From positions 151,342,001 to 151,406,000 of the forward strand of contig NC_042997.1 of NCBI RefSeq assembly GCF_006345805.1: a stretch of 64,000 bases of DNA. Direction: 5' to 3'. Position 1 is the first letter of the stretch; the number at the start of each line of letters is the position of its first letter. This DNA comes from Octopus sinensis. Its lineage: Eukaryota. A model generated the notes under the pieces. That model saw nothing but the letters and a program-made list of their open reading frames with translations. It did no database searches and was not told the DNA's origin. A program made the translations under genes and the position numbers. Of this stretch, positions 1 to 13,807 are shown piece after piece.

Positions 1-944
1 ACTTCCAGCTTAGCGTCAGCCAAGGAACTCCAAAACAAATCTAACGTCAGAATGGTAAGTATGTTGATATTTATTATTGAGAACATTATTACAATTTTCA
101 TTGTTATAGCTGCATTGACATTAATGATGTTATATTGTCCTAAATGTTTTTGTGGCCCTTGTGTCAATAAAGAAATTATTATTATTATCGTTGATAATAT
201 CATTGTGATTTGCTCGTAAATCAGTAGATTTCATATTGAATATGACATAATCTGAAAGCTTTCTATGTAGATGTCGCAGAACATATAATTCTATGTTTAT
301 CCTTGAATTTAATATAATTTTTGTTTTCCTATTATCAGTTCGGTTTATAAATAATTTGATTGTTTTCTACTTCTTTTATTCTGATAATCAGCTAATTAGC
401 TTATCATTATTGCATATTTCTTTACTTAAATTTTGCTATTATCGTTTTCTATTATCATTTTTATGTAAACAACATAATTACTCGAAAGAAGAATTTTTGA
501 AAATTTATTTTTATTGGCATTTTTATAAAATTGTAATGAAAATTCTTTTTTCTTCTTTTTTTACATTTTAATCTAATGTCTCACTATTCTGGTGTATAGA
601 ATAATTGTGCAGTAGTAAACATATGTGGAATGCAATCAGGAAGTTTTTAATTCGTTACAGCTGATTACAAGCCAGCGACTTGGCAAAAACATTAGGGTAC
701 CTAGCTAAATCAAGACATTATAATTATTTACTTCTCGTACCGTTAAGTCTTATATTCCGTCTGTGACGACTTTCCCATCCCGCAACATTGTTGAAATTTG
801 TACCTGTTACGTACCCGTATTTCAATACAAGCACCTGTGGAAAACAGCATCGTAACTCATGAGGAAATCAAAATAACAATAAATCGTATGAGAGGCAAAC
901 GCATTTTAGCGTTACTTTTTGATTATTATTAGGGGCGGAAATGG

Positions 945-1160
945 TAGCAAGCTGAAATAATCGTTGGAAGGCCGGACGATATCCTTTACAGCTTTTCTTC
1001 CGGTTTTAAGTTCGTAGTTCAAATTATTCCAAGATGGGCTTTGCCTTACATCCTTTTGTTGTCGATGAAATTAGTACAAGTTATTCCCTGAGGTCGATGT
1101 GATCGACTAGATCCTTTCCGCTAAATTTCAAGCCCCGTGCCTATTTTTAGAAAGAATTAT
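945..1160 (+). mobile_element. degenerate tRNA-derived SINE (family A type)
   Basis: Diverged match to the family A body seen elsewhere in the window (gttcaaatt...ctttgccttacatcctt...gtcgatgaaattagtac...gaggtcgatgtgatcgact). Confidence 0.6.
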
Positions 1161-2789
1161 GAGGTGGTGAAATGACAGAGATGTTTCAGTGTCGAAATAA
1201 ACATACATCTTTAACGTGTCAAACGTATCACTCTTTAATTGGTGCTCAGTATGTCAGTAAAAGTGGATTTTTATGTGCATCCTTTGCTGAAGTTCGACAA
1301 ATTCAAATTTTAATTTAACGCTTATGGTGTTGAAAATACACTACGACACTCGTAGTTTTAGTCAAAATGATACTGACTATGTGTCGTGCGCTCATATCCG
1401 ATTATATGTGCTTATATTAAAAATTATATTAATTTACAGTTTTGGTCCTCGCACGTCAACTCTCTCTGCACCTTTGGCACTCTCTGAGCTCCTCATAATG
1501 GAAGTAAAATCTCATTCTAATTGCCATCTTTAGCATTTCGATATATTTTGTCATTTTACTGGTCGTCGGTTCTACATCACATTTTGCAGTAAACATAGTT
1601 ATTCAGGGACTCATTAGAAATGAGTAAGCAGGTTAAACCATCTCTTGCAGAAAGTGATCAACTGGGAACGAAAAAACTGCAGCTAGATTGCACTGTTGCA
1701 TGTGCATAGGTAAAAAGAAAACAATTCTTTGCTAGAGTTTTCTTCCATTGTCAAATCATAGAGACTGACCTACGGTTAAGAAATTGCAGATTGCCATCAG
1801 CGATAAGTATTTCTTATGAGCAAACAGCAAATACTTCAAACATTATTAGTTGCCCTTCATTTGCAAAGTTTTTGTTGGACGAATATTGTGGTTGCTAAGA
1901 TGGTGCTACTTCAAAATACACTGACATTCTTCATAGAACTCCAGAAGGTGGCCATTGGATAGATTTTGAAATATTAAGTGACACATAGATTACTAGCACT
2001 AGTTTTACAAACGCACAATAGTGCATTTCACTATTCGATTACAACTACTATGACGTGTGGTACATTATCTGGCTACTACAACTCTTGGTCCACTGACTCC
2101 CCCTCATTCCATCTTATTTTCCTCTTTCGTCTCCTCTGATTCATACTTCTCAGAACCTACAAAAGTCATTCCTTTCACGCCATTTATGGTTCTCTCTGGA
2201 ATCTCATGTCCAGTATGTACGAAAACTATATTATTCGAACTTGTTTTTCGACAACCTTTTAGATTTTCTTCTCAGCTCCTACTCCATATATTAAAAATCA
2301 TTGCAACATTCATTAAATAATCACTTTTACTTTACTGAAATAAATTATTCCGTGCAACCTGATATTTGTGGTGATAACATCGCTTCATAACACTCATTAG
2401 CTATGTTTACTACTAAGAGAAGTGAATTGTAATAGCTTGGACAGACTCTGACGGAGACCTTATTTAGTGAACTCTAATGAACTACTCGATTTTATCAAAA
2501 ATTAGCATTTTATAATTGATAAATTAATTAACTTAATGTTCTTTAAATTTCGCACTCGGTGACAACTACAAATTAACTGGGTAAATTCCAGTAAATTAAA
2601 TCAACTCTATTTGATAATGTAGTGTAAGAGATGTAACAAGATTTTATAATCTAGTTATTAGCCTCGTGTATTAAGTGAATGTGTCTTGTTATGTCTTGTC
2701 TGCTAAGGCTTTCGTCAGTAATGCAAGAATGAAATACCATAAACATTAAAATTACCAAACAACGATGATCATTTGAGTAATTCTCTCTC

Positions 2790-3175
2790 TTTATCCGCTC
2801 AGTCGAAGTCGATTCTCGGTCACTCGTTGGATCAGTGTCCTCTAGTCAGTTCTATCCTGGGCCGCTTTTTCAGATTGGCTATGTCCATTCCGGTATCACT
2901 CTTGATGGTGTCAAGCCAGCGGGTTCTTGGTCGGCCTCTTCCTCTCTTGCCACTGACCATTCCGAGCATGATGTCATTCTCCAGGGATTTTCTCCGGATA
3001 ATATGACCGAAATATGCCAATCTATGCTTGGTGATCTTAGCTTCTAGCGACATTTTCGGCCTTATCTGCTTAAGAACTTCTCCATTGGTGAGCCTCGCTG
3101 CCCATAGAATCCGCAAAAGTCTTCTCCAACACCACAGCTCAAATGCATTAATTCTCTTCTGGTCAGCTTAATTAA
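2790..3175 (-). mobile_element. RTE-clade (BovB-like) LINE 3' fragment
   Basis: Minus strand translates to KADQKRINAFELWCWRRLLRILW...LAYFGHIIRRKSLENDIMLGMVSGKRGRGRPRTRWLD, the typical C-terminus of RTE ORFs. 5'-truncated. Confidence 0.9.
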
Positions 3176-6100
3176 CGTTTACATTTTTACTATCTCCCCT
3201 CGCTCATTTATTTGTCATGCTTTACATTTCTGTGCATGTTAATACGACGTAGTGTGAAGCACTGACATTTCCAAGCGCGGAAAAGCGTCGGTTACAACAT
3301 TGTCCTTACCTGAGATATGTTTGGAACCACACGTAAATTCAGACTTGTAATCCTACTTTCTTACTTTCGGTGGTTTCCAAACGATTTTGATTGCATGGCA
3401 TAAAGCAGAAGGTTATGGCTAGAATCAATTGTCAATTCTCTTCCTTCCAAACACTCTCGGAAATATTTTACATTTTCAGGCACATCAAATTCTAAAAACA
3501 AACAAGGGAAATGTCTCTAGCAACATTGGATGATTCAAATTTTCTGACAACAGACAATACTCGCTGGTTTTGTACCTCCTCTATTCAGATACATGTAAGC
3601 CACTTACCTTTTCTCCTTTCATCAGTTTTGTTGCATCCAGCACACACCGACATCCGTTCTAGCCACTTTCCCCAACTGTTTCTGTATCTTTTCACCCATC
3701 ACTCTTTCCTTCTCCCCCTTTCCCTCTGGAATGATATCCCCGTTCATGATATTTTTGTACGTGTAGACCTACAACGAATAATACGTAGCATTAACGGAAT
3801 TGTGATCACATCTCTCAGAGCTGTAAATTTTGTGGGCACTGCACTTTCCTCCAGACACGGCAAATAAAAGAAGTTAGATTTTATTTCTAGAAGGCCACAT
3901 CAGTCATCACCCGCATCATTCCTTTGTTTCTAAATCAATACTCTTTTCCACGGAGACTTTAAGTATATGGTAATTTTCTTCTTCCATAAAATTTTTGTTT
4001 TGAAATCATGATTGGTGGTGTGCCGAGAAGCATCGAAAGCACTCTTCCACTTGCCAAATCAATCCTGTATAAAGAACATGAATAGTGTTATGACCAGCAT
4101 CATATAGATACAATAATATTATGAGCGATAGGCAGTAGAGCTGCCGTCTTCAATTTTACTAAAATAAAATGATAACTATTTTTAAAAAAAACAGTGGGGA
4201 TTTCTTGAAGTTTATACAATTAGACTTTAACTATAGTGGACACGGTATCATAAATAAATATCGTAATGTATTTAGTTCGCTTTCTGAGTAAATAAGCACT
4301 ATGATGTATTTATTTCGCTTTCTGCATCCGTTCTGCCGACTGAAATAGTAGTCAATTCTCATAAATCACATTTTGCTTGTAGAGAAGACAACGAAGACAA
4401 CATGTTACATAATGCTTACCTAACAACACATAAACTGACAGAATGGACACGACTGCAATACATTTACCGAATTCAACACCTTTACGAATCTGGTATTTTG
4501 AGTTTCTCATTGCTTTGAAAATAGAATATTTATATCGATTTGTAAAAGCGACAAACTCACGCATGAAAAGTCCGAAATTTTATCCATCATATCGTGTACA
4601 GTACATTTGATATTTATTTTATCGAACCTCTAAGACTGATGGTCAAGTTTAAACATAGATGTGAAATCAAAACATAGTGAGACATAACTGAATTACAAAA
4701 GATATTTTTCTACAGTAACACTAAAGGACAGATATTGTTAATATTAATATTTTTCGTCTACGGAAGCGTTCAATAATATTAGAATGTACAGCCGCTTCAG
4801 TTCAACCACACTTATTGCAGGTAAAAACTATTTCGATTTTGGAAGATTCAATGGGAAAATAGGACTTGACGTTACTCGAAATCAGAACTGAAAAATTCAT
4901 ATAAAAGTACATGGAATTCATATAAAAGTACATGGAACGATGTCCAGTCGCTTCTGCCAATCCAACTACCAAAACATTTCAAAACGGAAATAATTGCACC
5001 TCCTTTGATTTTTTAGTTCAAATCCACCGCGTGTCACATATTGTTACTGTTCACGTGATGAGAATATTTTATACACACACATACAAACACACACATATAT
5101 AAACACGCATATATACACACGCACACACACAAGCAATCACACGTTCACACAAGTAAACACACTCACGCACACACAAATACACACACACGCATGCACACAC
5201 ACACAAACACTCACATACATATATGCACACATACACACATATAATGGTGTTTCGATGCATTTAATTATAGCTGTATGCGTTTAGCAAGAAACCAATTTCT
5301 GCCTGCAAATGGAACCAATATAGATATCATATGAATTAATAGTTATCAAACATAAATATATTTTCACTTACAGGTAATGAACAACAAATCAGAATACCTT
5401 AGTTTTTACAGTTGTTATTGAATAATTTTCCAATCACCTGTAAGTGATGGGTTATTACGGTCGATTGAATTACGACACTGTTATTAATTATCCATTTCCT
5501 ATCTACCAAAATTACGACTCAAATGCATTTTTTAAATGTATGCGCATCTCTCAAAACCAAATCCATATTAACGAATTATGCCTTTAAATACATTTAAATA
5601 TTGGAGGATCTGTGAAGAACTACCGATGATTTGCTTAGGCTAATATCAGTAATAATAACGTAAAGAACAAGAAGAAAAGAGAATCTTCGACAAAGAGCTC
5701 AACGCAAAACGTTAGACTCTCTCTTCACCTGTTCCTATTGCACAAACTTATTTAATTTGAAGCGAAATTTATATGATACATTAGCCTAAGTAAATTGGTT
5801 TTAGGCTACTGTGGCAAAAATCAATAGGTCACATACGCAATATATTTAGCTTGCTCACAAATACATAACAAAGTAATTTTGTTTTAATATATTCATCTAG
5901 ACCGATGAGCTAAGCTCAAAACTGAAGTGCTTCATTTAAAGATCAATAAACAATTAGCCATTCTTCTATTAAGAATTTGAGTGCTTAAATAAATTTGAAA
6001 TCATTTGTCGTTTGAGTACATCAAAAGAAATCTCTGTAAACTTATTGCACAAACGCCATTTTGTATGTGATTGCGCATTACAGTGTGCCAAAATCTGTTC

Positions 6101-6804
6101 TGTCCTTTACGTGCAAATAAATGTTACCAAGTGCAACAATCTATAATTATTTTATTTGCGATAATATAATTGCGATTGTTATTAATGTTGCCACTGTTTA
6201 GGCTATTATTGTTTTAGATGTTGTTACTTTTATAGCTCTTGTTCATATTGTTGTCGCGCTAATTTTCCTTCGTATTTTTATCTCGTTATTACAAATTGTG
6301 TTAATTAATTGTCATAATATTTCTCTTTTCCTTTTCTTTTTGTTTTTCAGGATTCCATTCCTCCTTAAGTTTTGTTCATTTATTTTGTTACGTCGACGCC
6401 GATACCGTCCACCACATCGGTATCTAGGCAGCGGTGGTGATCGCGATCGCCGCCACTACTAATTTCTTCCACAAAACCTCTCACCGTTCATGTGATGCAG
6501 TATGTCATGAAGACATCCAATTTCAACACGGTAGCTACAGTGTATTGTGTCTCACAAAGGCTTTTCATGTGTTTTATACCTTTTCCTTTATCTTTCGGAC
6601 ATAAATCTGTCTCGCTATTTTTGTGCAATATGTATGAAAGTGTGAGTTGAAAGATACATATACTCACACTCACATGTGTTGATGCACATAATTTTGTGTC
6701 TTTCTATGTTTCATATAAGTATATAAGTACGTGGGTATATAAGTATGTGTGTATGAGTGTGTACACGGACACGCGCGCATAGGTATATATGTATGTATAT
6801 ATGT

Positions 6805-6871
<67 letters not shown>

Positions 6872-6872
<1 letters not shown>

Positions 6873-7401
6873 CAATAATAAATCTCTGAGAGTAAACAGT
6901 AGCAACACAATATCGTGAATTATATTTGCCATCTAAATGTGTCTGATGATATTCTAGTTCATAGCCCCAGGAAGACAGCTTCTCCAGCTAGCTAAAGATA
7001 CACTGTCTGTGCCCGACCAGTATTTGCGAAGGGAGATCTTCGTTCCCATCTCTAGCCTGACGGCCGCCACTGTTTACATCTCGCTCAGAGATTTATTATT
7101 GCCTGTTTCTCCGTTTTCGAGATTAGCGACATTTTGTCACTGGAAGAAACATATGTTTCGTCCGAAATCACTTTTTAACCCTAGCTGGTGATTATCGCAC
7201 GCTGACGACGGGTTACCACTCATAAACCCGGGTCTGTGTGTATCACGTCAGGCTAGAGATGGGAACGAAGATTTCCCTTCGCAAATACTGATCGGGCACA
7301 GACAGTGTGTCGTTATCCATCTGGAGGGGGTGTCTTCCAGGGGTTATAAACTACAGTAGCACCGTCCCCTATGGGTCAGACACATTTAGGTGGCAAATAT
7401 A
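6872..7401 (+). mobile_element. hammerhead-containing ORF-less repeat (retrozyme / Penelope-like terminal repeat), copy 1, with inverted 5' segment
   Basis: Sense unit 7069-7401 is preceded by 6872-7062, an inverted copy of the unit's 3' part joined to its 5' start. Homologous to 58535-58941. Flanked by (TA)n on both sides. Contains a hammerhead motif. Confidence 0.7.
7196..7240 (+). ncRNA. minimal type I hammerhead ribozyme motif, degenerate (GAAA>TAAA)
   Basis: cgcacg-CTGACGA-cgggttaccactca-TAAA-cccggg-TC-tgtgtg. Stem I is 6 bp with 2 GU pairs, the helix III region is the palindrome acccgggt, and the cleavage triplet is GUC. Confidence 0.6.
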
Positions 7402-7406
7402 CTTCA

Positions 7407-7445
<39 letters not shown>

Positions 7446-7448
<3 letters not shown>

Positions 7449-8153
7449 CAAATACTCGAGTAATAACCGTTCTCTTGTAAAAGTCGACCCTAGTATTTCA
7501 CGAACAGCAGGACAACATGTGTGGGTCAAGGTATCGTATTATCAGGTACGTAGAAATAACTTTGTTACAAAATTGTGAGGCTACCTGCTCTACAGGTGGC
7601 ATGCTTGGTGCTTGTAATGGAATGCTCGATGCTTATAGTAAAACTCCATTTAATAGCAAGCACTAAACATCTGTTGATAGCTGTTACATCACCATTACTA
7701 GAATGTATGCACATGATATGCTGCAAGCTTGCATACATCTATAAGCACAATATACACATGCGTCATACACTCGTTATTTACATGGTAAAAAATGTGTTTC
7801 ACAGACAGCACTATTGGCGAACACTGGCAAACGCCACTGTGAATTCGTACACAGTCATGACTTTGGTAAGCCAAAAACCATTCAATCAATCGCTAGATTA
7901 ATGTTTCCCATGCGACCTTTATATTTTAGTAGGACGTGTGTTTTGATGCATAGAATTGGCAATATTAGAGTAATTCATTGTGTTTTTCTTTTTATTCGCT
8001 TAGAGATCAGTTGAGTTTCTGCTGCTGATACGGCACATCGGATTCTAGCTTGAATTTCAGTCCCTCAAAAGTAGTATCCGTGTAATAGTCGACCCCATGA
8101 GTTTGACACTAAGAAAGAGCCTAAAAAATTCGACTTTTACAGGAAATATATAC

Positions 8154-8155
<2 letters not shown>
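7446..8155. mobile_element. degenerate Tc2/pogo-like DNA transposon relic
   Basis: Flanked by TA. The right end reads ...tatatacgg|ta (CCGTA-type terminus). Both ends share an inverted tgtaaaagtcga motif. Only weak transposase-like remnants (TLVSQKP). Confidence 0.4.
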
Positions 8156-8192
<37 letters not shown>

Positions 8193-8200
8193 TATATATA

Positions 8201-8250
<50 letters not shown>

Positions 8251-9314
8251 TGTGTTGTATGTGGTGTGTGTGTGTTGTATGTGGTGTGTGTGTGTTGTAT
8301 GTGGTGTGCGTGTGTCTTTGTCTAGAAGTGTTAATATGAATACGTGTGTACCTATGGACCTATGCTATTTAATTTGGATGGAACGAAGCAAAAAAGTTGA
8401 CAGTTTTACAGCTTTCTGCTGCTCTGAGGTTTGTTTTGTTTTTTCTCATTTAACTGACAAGATACCTGCTTGTCTTTAATGACCTTGATATCAAGTCGTG
8501 GCTACAGTATATCTGTAATACTTGTACGCTACGAACGCCAATATTAACCAATATAAACTAATGGATGAGTGATTTGAATTAAAACAGTTCTTTGGTCTCT
8601 TTGCTTCTCGCATGCCCGTTAAAGCCGCTCCTTTTAATTTGCATATAAATTCTAATTATAGTTTTCAAAATACCAATTATCCCACAATGTTTGTCGGATT
8701 TCTCACGACCGATGTATACTCTCACCACTTTGATATCTTAACGGTTTAAAATTTTACTTGAAGATGATGGATTTTACATTAATGAATTGTAGGTAGTGGT
8801 ATTTCGTTATGCAAAAATAATATACTATAAAATATATTAAATGTTTTTATAAATCAATATCACTTTCTACTGTGTTAGCAGTGCTTTTCACACTGTTTTG
8901 TTAAGGTTATTTCAACAGAAGTACTATAGAATTTACAGGTAACACTGATTTTTGCTACAACGTTTCGTATTGAGACGTCAGATGTAAACAAACGATGAGA
9001 TCGAGGACAAAAATGGGTAATGAGTGTATATGCCATATTTCAGTGGGTTTGGCGCTTTCATCAGCACCTATCTAACACATTCTCGCCTCCGGACACATTG
9101 CTTAGATAGCCACTACATACAACGGTGTTACGTTATTGGATGTACGCATTCCTGGAGCTGGTAGGTAAAGTCTAATGTAACAAAGTATTTCTATATAATA
9201 TCTGTAAATCTAACATTAACAAAACAACGGTGTTTGTAATGATATTATGTAGTCTATGTATACATCATTAGAATTCTATTGTATCACCATTCTTCAGTTT
9301 TAAACACCTTTTGT

Positions 9315-9350
<36 letters not shown>

Positions 9351-9357
9351 TCTCTGT

Positions 9358-9393
<36 letters not shown>

Positions 9394-9578
9394 GCATATA
9401 TATATATACATATATAAATATATACAAATCGGAGGTGCAATCTATGTGGGTATCGTTTCAGAGCATTGGTTTAAAAAGCCACATCAGATGCCACGATGCT
9501 GCTAAGGTGTGGGTACAGGAGGTGGTCAAATAATTAAAACTCACACACACACATATAGACAGTCAGACAGACAGACAT

Positions 9579-9858
<280 letters not shown>

Positions 9859-9945
9859 ATCACACATAGACACACACACACACACACACGAACACTCAAA
9901 TAAATATGCATAGGTATGTATACACACACACACACACACACACAC

Positions 9946-10065
<120 letters not shown>

Positions 10066-10640
10066 CACATACATACATGTATAGTATGTGTGAAGGTTTC
10101 TCTACATGTGTGTGTGGATTTCTCGGCGTCAGAAAATACGTGTATGATGTACTTAGATGCATATGGCTGTTTATATTTTCCTCTATGATTTAATTAACAT
10201 TGTATGCTCTCACTCCGTTTGAGATAACAATTAATGACTTTATATTGTTATGGTTAGCGTAAATGTCCGTCTATAACTATAATCAGTGTCAGTTCATTCT
10301 TTGATAATATTTCCTCTAACATTTTTTCTCATTTTCACTGTTTTTCCCCATTCTTCTCATTTTTATTCTCTATATGTTCTCTGTCTGTCTCCCCGTCTTT
10401 CTGGAAATTCTTGTCTTGTTACCTAACTCAGTAACAGATGTTACTCCAGCAATCTCTATAACAAGAAACTACATGACTTTTAAGATAGCTGTAGAAGACC
10501 CGACTGTTTCTTCCACTTAATTGGTTTTGCAAATATCAACAGAGTATTAAGTTAGGAAGTCTTTAATTGTGGCAGCAGTCTTTCGTCACCTTCTTGTGCG
10601 ACGTCAGTACTATCGCCACTATATATATATATAATATATA

Positions 10641-10721
<81 letters not shown>

Positions 10722-11562
10722 TAAACAGAGACGGAAAGGAAGTGAAGGAGAGAGGGAAAACTAGACAGGTCCATACTTGCAAATAAATACATATATACAT
10801 ATATACGTACATACATATATATGTATGTCTGTGTATACGTGCGTGGGTTATGTATAACTCTGCTGGTAGCTTATAATCGACCATCAAGAAATATCTATAG
10901 AACTTTACTCTTAATTCACCACTAAGAACTGTAATTGTTTTCATACATTTCCATTGAGTACTCTGACAGTACCCGATCTCGGCGGAGATAGATACATCTA
11001 ATAGAAAAGATTATATCAATGTTTTAACGCTATACTTTTCGCTGCCAATATTCCTTTTTGTAGAGGGCGTGGAGGAGAATAACACGTTTCTATCTTTCTA
11101 TTCTTTTCCATGCCTAATCTAAAACAAGCAACGCCAACAATACCTTTTTATACTTTCAAATACATTTTGTATTAAACAAAGTCTTCAGTAAGATGGCGCT
11201 TCATATTTTGCTCACGCCTGTTTTTTTTTTTTTTATTATTTTGGAAAACAGGCCTAATCTTATGTATAGGCTATGGTTCTTAAATATGCGCTAAGCATTA
11301 TATTTCAGTCTCTGGACTTTCTATGATATGAAACTTAAATATTTACTAACTGCTTCTTTTTCATTATCATGGTTTGATTACTTCAAACTAGAATACAAAT
11401 TATGTAAATAGTTTACACACTTTACTGTAGAATTATTAATTCATCTAGAACAAAAGCAAAACACGTCAAAGTTCCTGAAAATGCTGTCCAAAGTGTTTCT
11501 TCCAGAATATTGGATGAAGATCTTGTCTTGAATATTACTTCATGCAAATATTCAACTTATGG

Positions 11563-11610
<48 letters not shown>

Positions 11611-12572
11611 TGTATATATGTATACATGTATCTATCAATGCGTATGTGTGCGCGTGCGTATGTATGTACGCATGTATGTGTCTACTTATGCAGTTGTATA
11701 ATTATATATGGTTATATGTATAAATATATATGTCCTATATATATACATGTATATATATATATGTATGTATTTAAATATATATTCATATATATGCATATAT
11801 ATGTGTGTGTGTGTGTGTATGCATATATACATATATATATATGCATATATATGTGTGTGTGTATATATGCATATATACATATATATATATTCATGCATAT
11901 GTATATGTGTATGTATATATACATGTGTGCGTGTATGCATACATACATATATATATACACACATGTATATATATATGTATGTATATATGTTTGTATGTGT
12001 GTATGTATGTATGTATGTATGTAAGTATTCACACATATTTATATATCCATGTATGTGAATATGTGTGCATCCTATTTTTAGTTTAGTCATACTGTGCGTA
12101 TCCTGTTTATATAAGGTATTGCCATTTACCACATAAAGTAATCCAAGTACAGTATGCTTTAACTCATACACTGTATCGTTCTTGTATAATATTTCGTTGT
12201 TTCCATATCGTCATGCTTTTATGGCTGCCAATATGAAGGAAAATATGCAAATCTTGTGCAACATAGCCGAAGTTCTCATGTGTAAACGAGTTAGTAAGTC
12301 AAGTGGAATTGAATATATGATTTATGATTTTTAGCATGTCTCCTTTACCTAATATTTTTTCCCCTTAACTTTTACAACTAGACATTATTCGCACGAGATT
12401 TTAGAATATATGTGAAATTCTATTCGTATTAACGAATTTATATTCGTTAAGATGAATTCGTCAGTAATTGTTGCTGTTATAATTTTCTAACAGGTCAGCT
12501 ATGAATAAGCAAAGCAATGATCTCAGATATGTCCCAGATTCGAGACCATGCCGCAGTCATTAGTGCCTACGA

Positions 12573-12654
<82 letters not shown>

Positions 12655-13771
12655 TAGGAAGAAAGACTTATATATATGTATATATTGAAAGTAACTTTTT
12701 TACGTTTGAAAAGGTGGTGTTTCAAGGTAGAGACATTGGTTGTCCTCTTAAGATTCTCTTGCTCATTCATGTACACATTTTGTCATAGTTTAATAAATTT
12801 TACATTATTTTCGACTTGTTTTTCTTTAACAATTGATGCTACTTTCAGACCAACAATACCATGGTACCATATATTCCACAATTATTTCGAAATTCATAAA
12901 AATACTGTAAATTCATACAAAAGCATAAAACAAATAATTTCATTTGAAATTACCCATCTATTTTAATTGAAATTATTTCAAGCTTACGCGTATTACATGT
13001 CTTTTCTTTCTTTTTTTTTTTTAGAGCATTCGGTTTTCGAAATAAAGGAAAATTTGAGATGATATAAATTCCACAGTAAACACGGTACAATCTGAGTAGA
13101 AAGCATCTTTAAAGACTGAGTACCTTCTTTGTTATACACTTGACTGCTTTTGAGAGAGCTGCGTTTTTATCTTTATGTCAAGAAATAACTTTAATTGTCG
13201 ACTGTCTGTAAACCTCTGCAGCCGTACCAATGTGCTGGTAGTGCTGTACTACATTTTAATACACAGTAATATATTCTTGTATTTATATAAGAGAAAAGTA
13301 CATATGATCAGACTAAAACCACAGTCTCAGAGACAAACTGCAGCAATTACTATACTAAACTAGATTATGTTCTTGGCTTTGTCCCGTAGTTATAGCATTA
13401 CCAACGAAAACTGTATTGGAATAATAGTATAGATATGTTTTAAGACTAAACAATATTACATTACATTGTATGCCTCTTTGCATTCAATACTTTTTCTAAG
13501 AGTATTTATATAAATATAACAACGGTTCAATGTTTTCAGTTTTATAAAATTTACTTCAAAGAAAGGTCTTATAACTACAATTCCAGGCACAGTATATCTG
13601 TCATTTTCACGAATAGTATGCTTTCACTGGTTTTATTGATTATACTGCTGTCATACCGAGACACTGCTTCGAAAGGTTTAGTCGATTGCTCATATTTGGT
13701 ATTTATTCAATTATGTCCTTTTGGCTGAACCCCAGACACGACAACAAATATGATCTCACACACAAACATTT

Positions 13772-13807
<36 letters not shown>

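Noticed and set aside
3511-3867. 118-aa ORF with ATG
   Set aside because: No recognisable motif. It runs through a likely donor site into pyrimidine-rich sequence.
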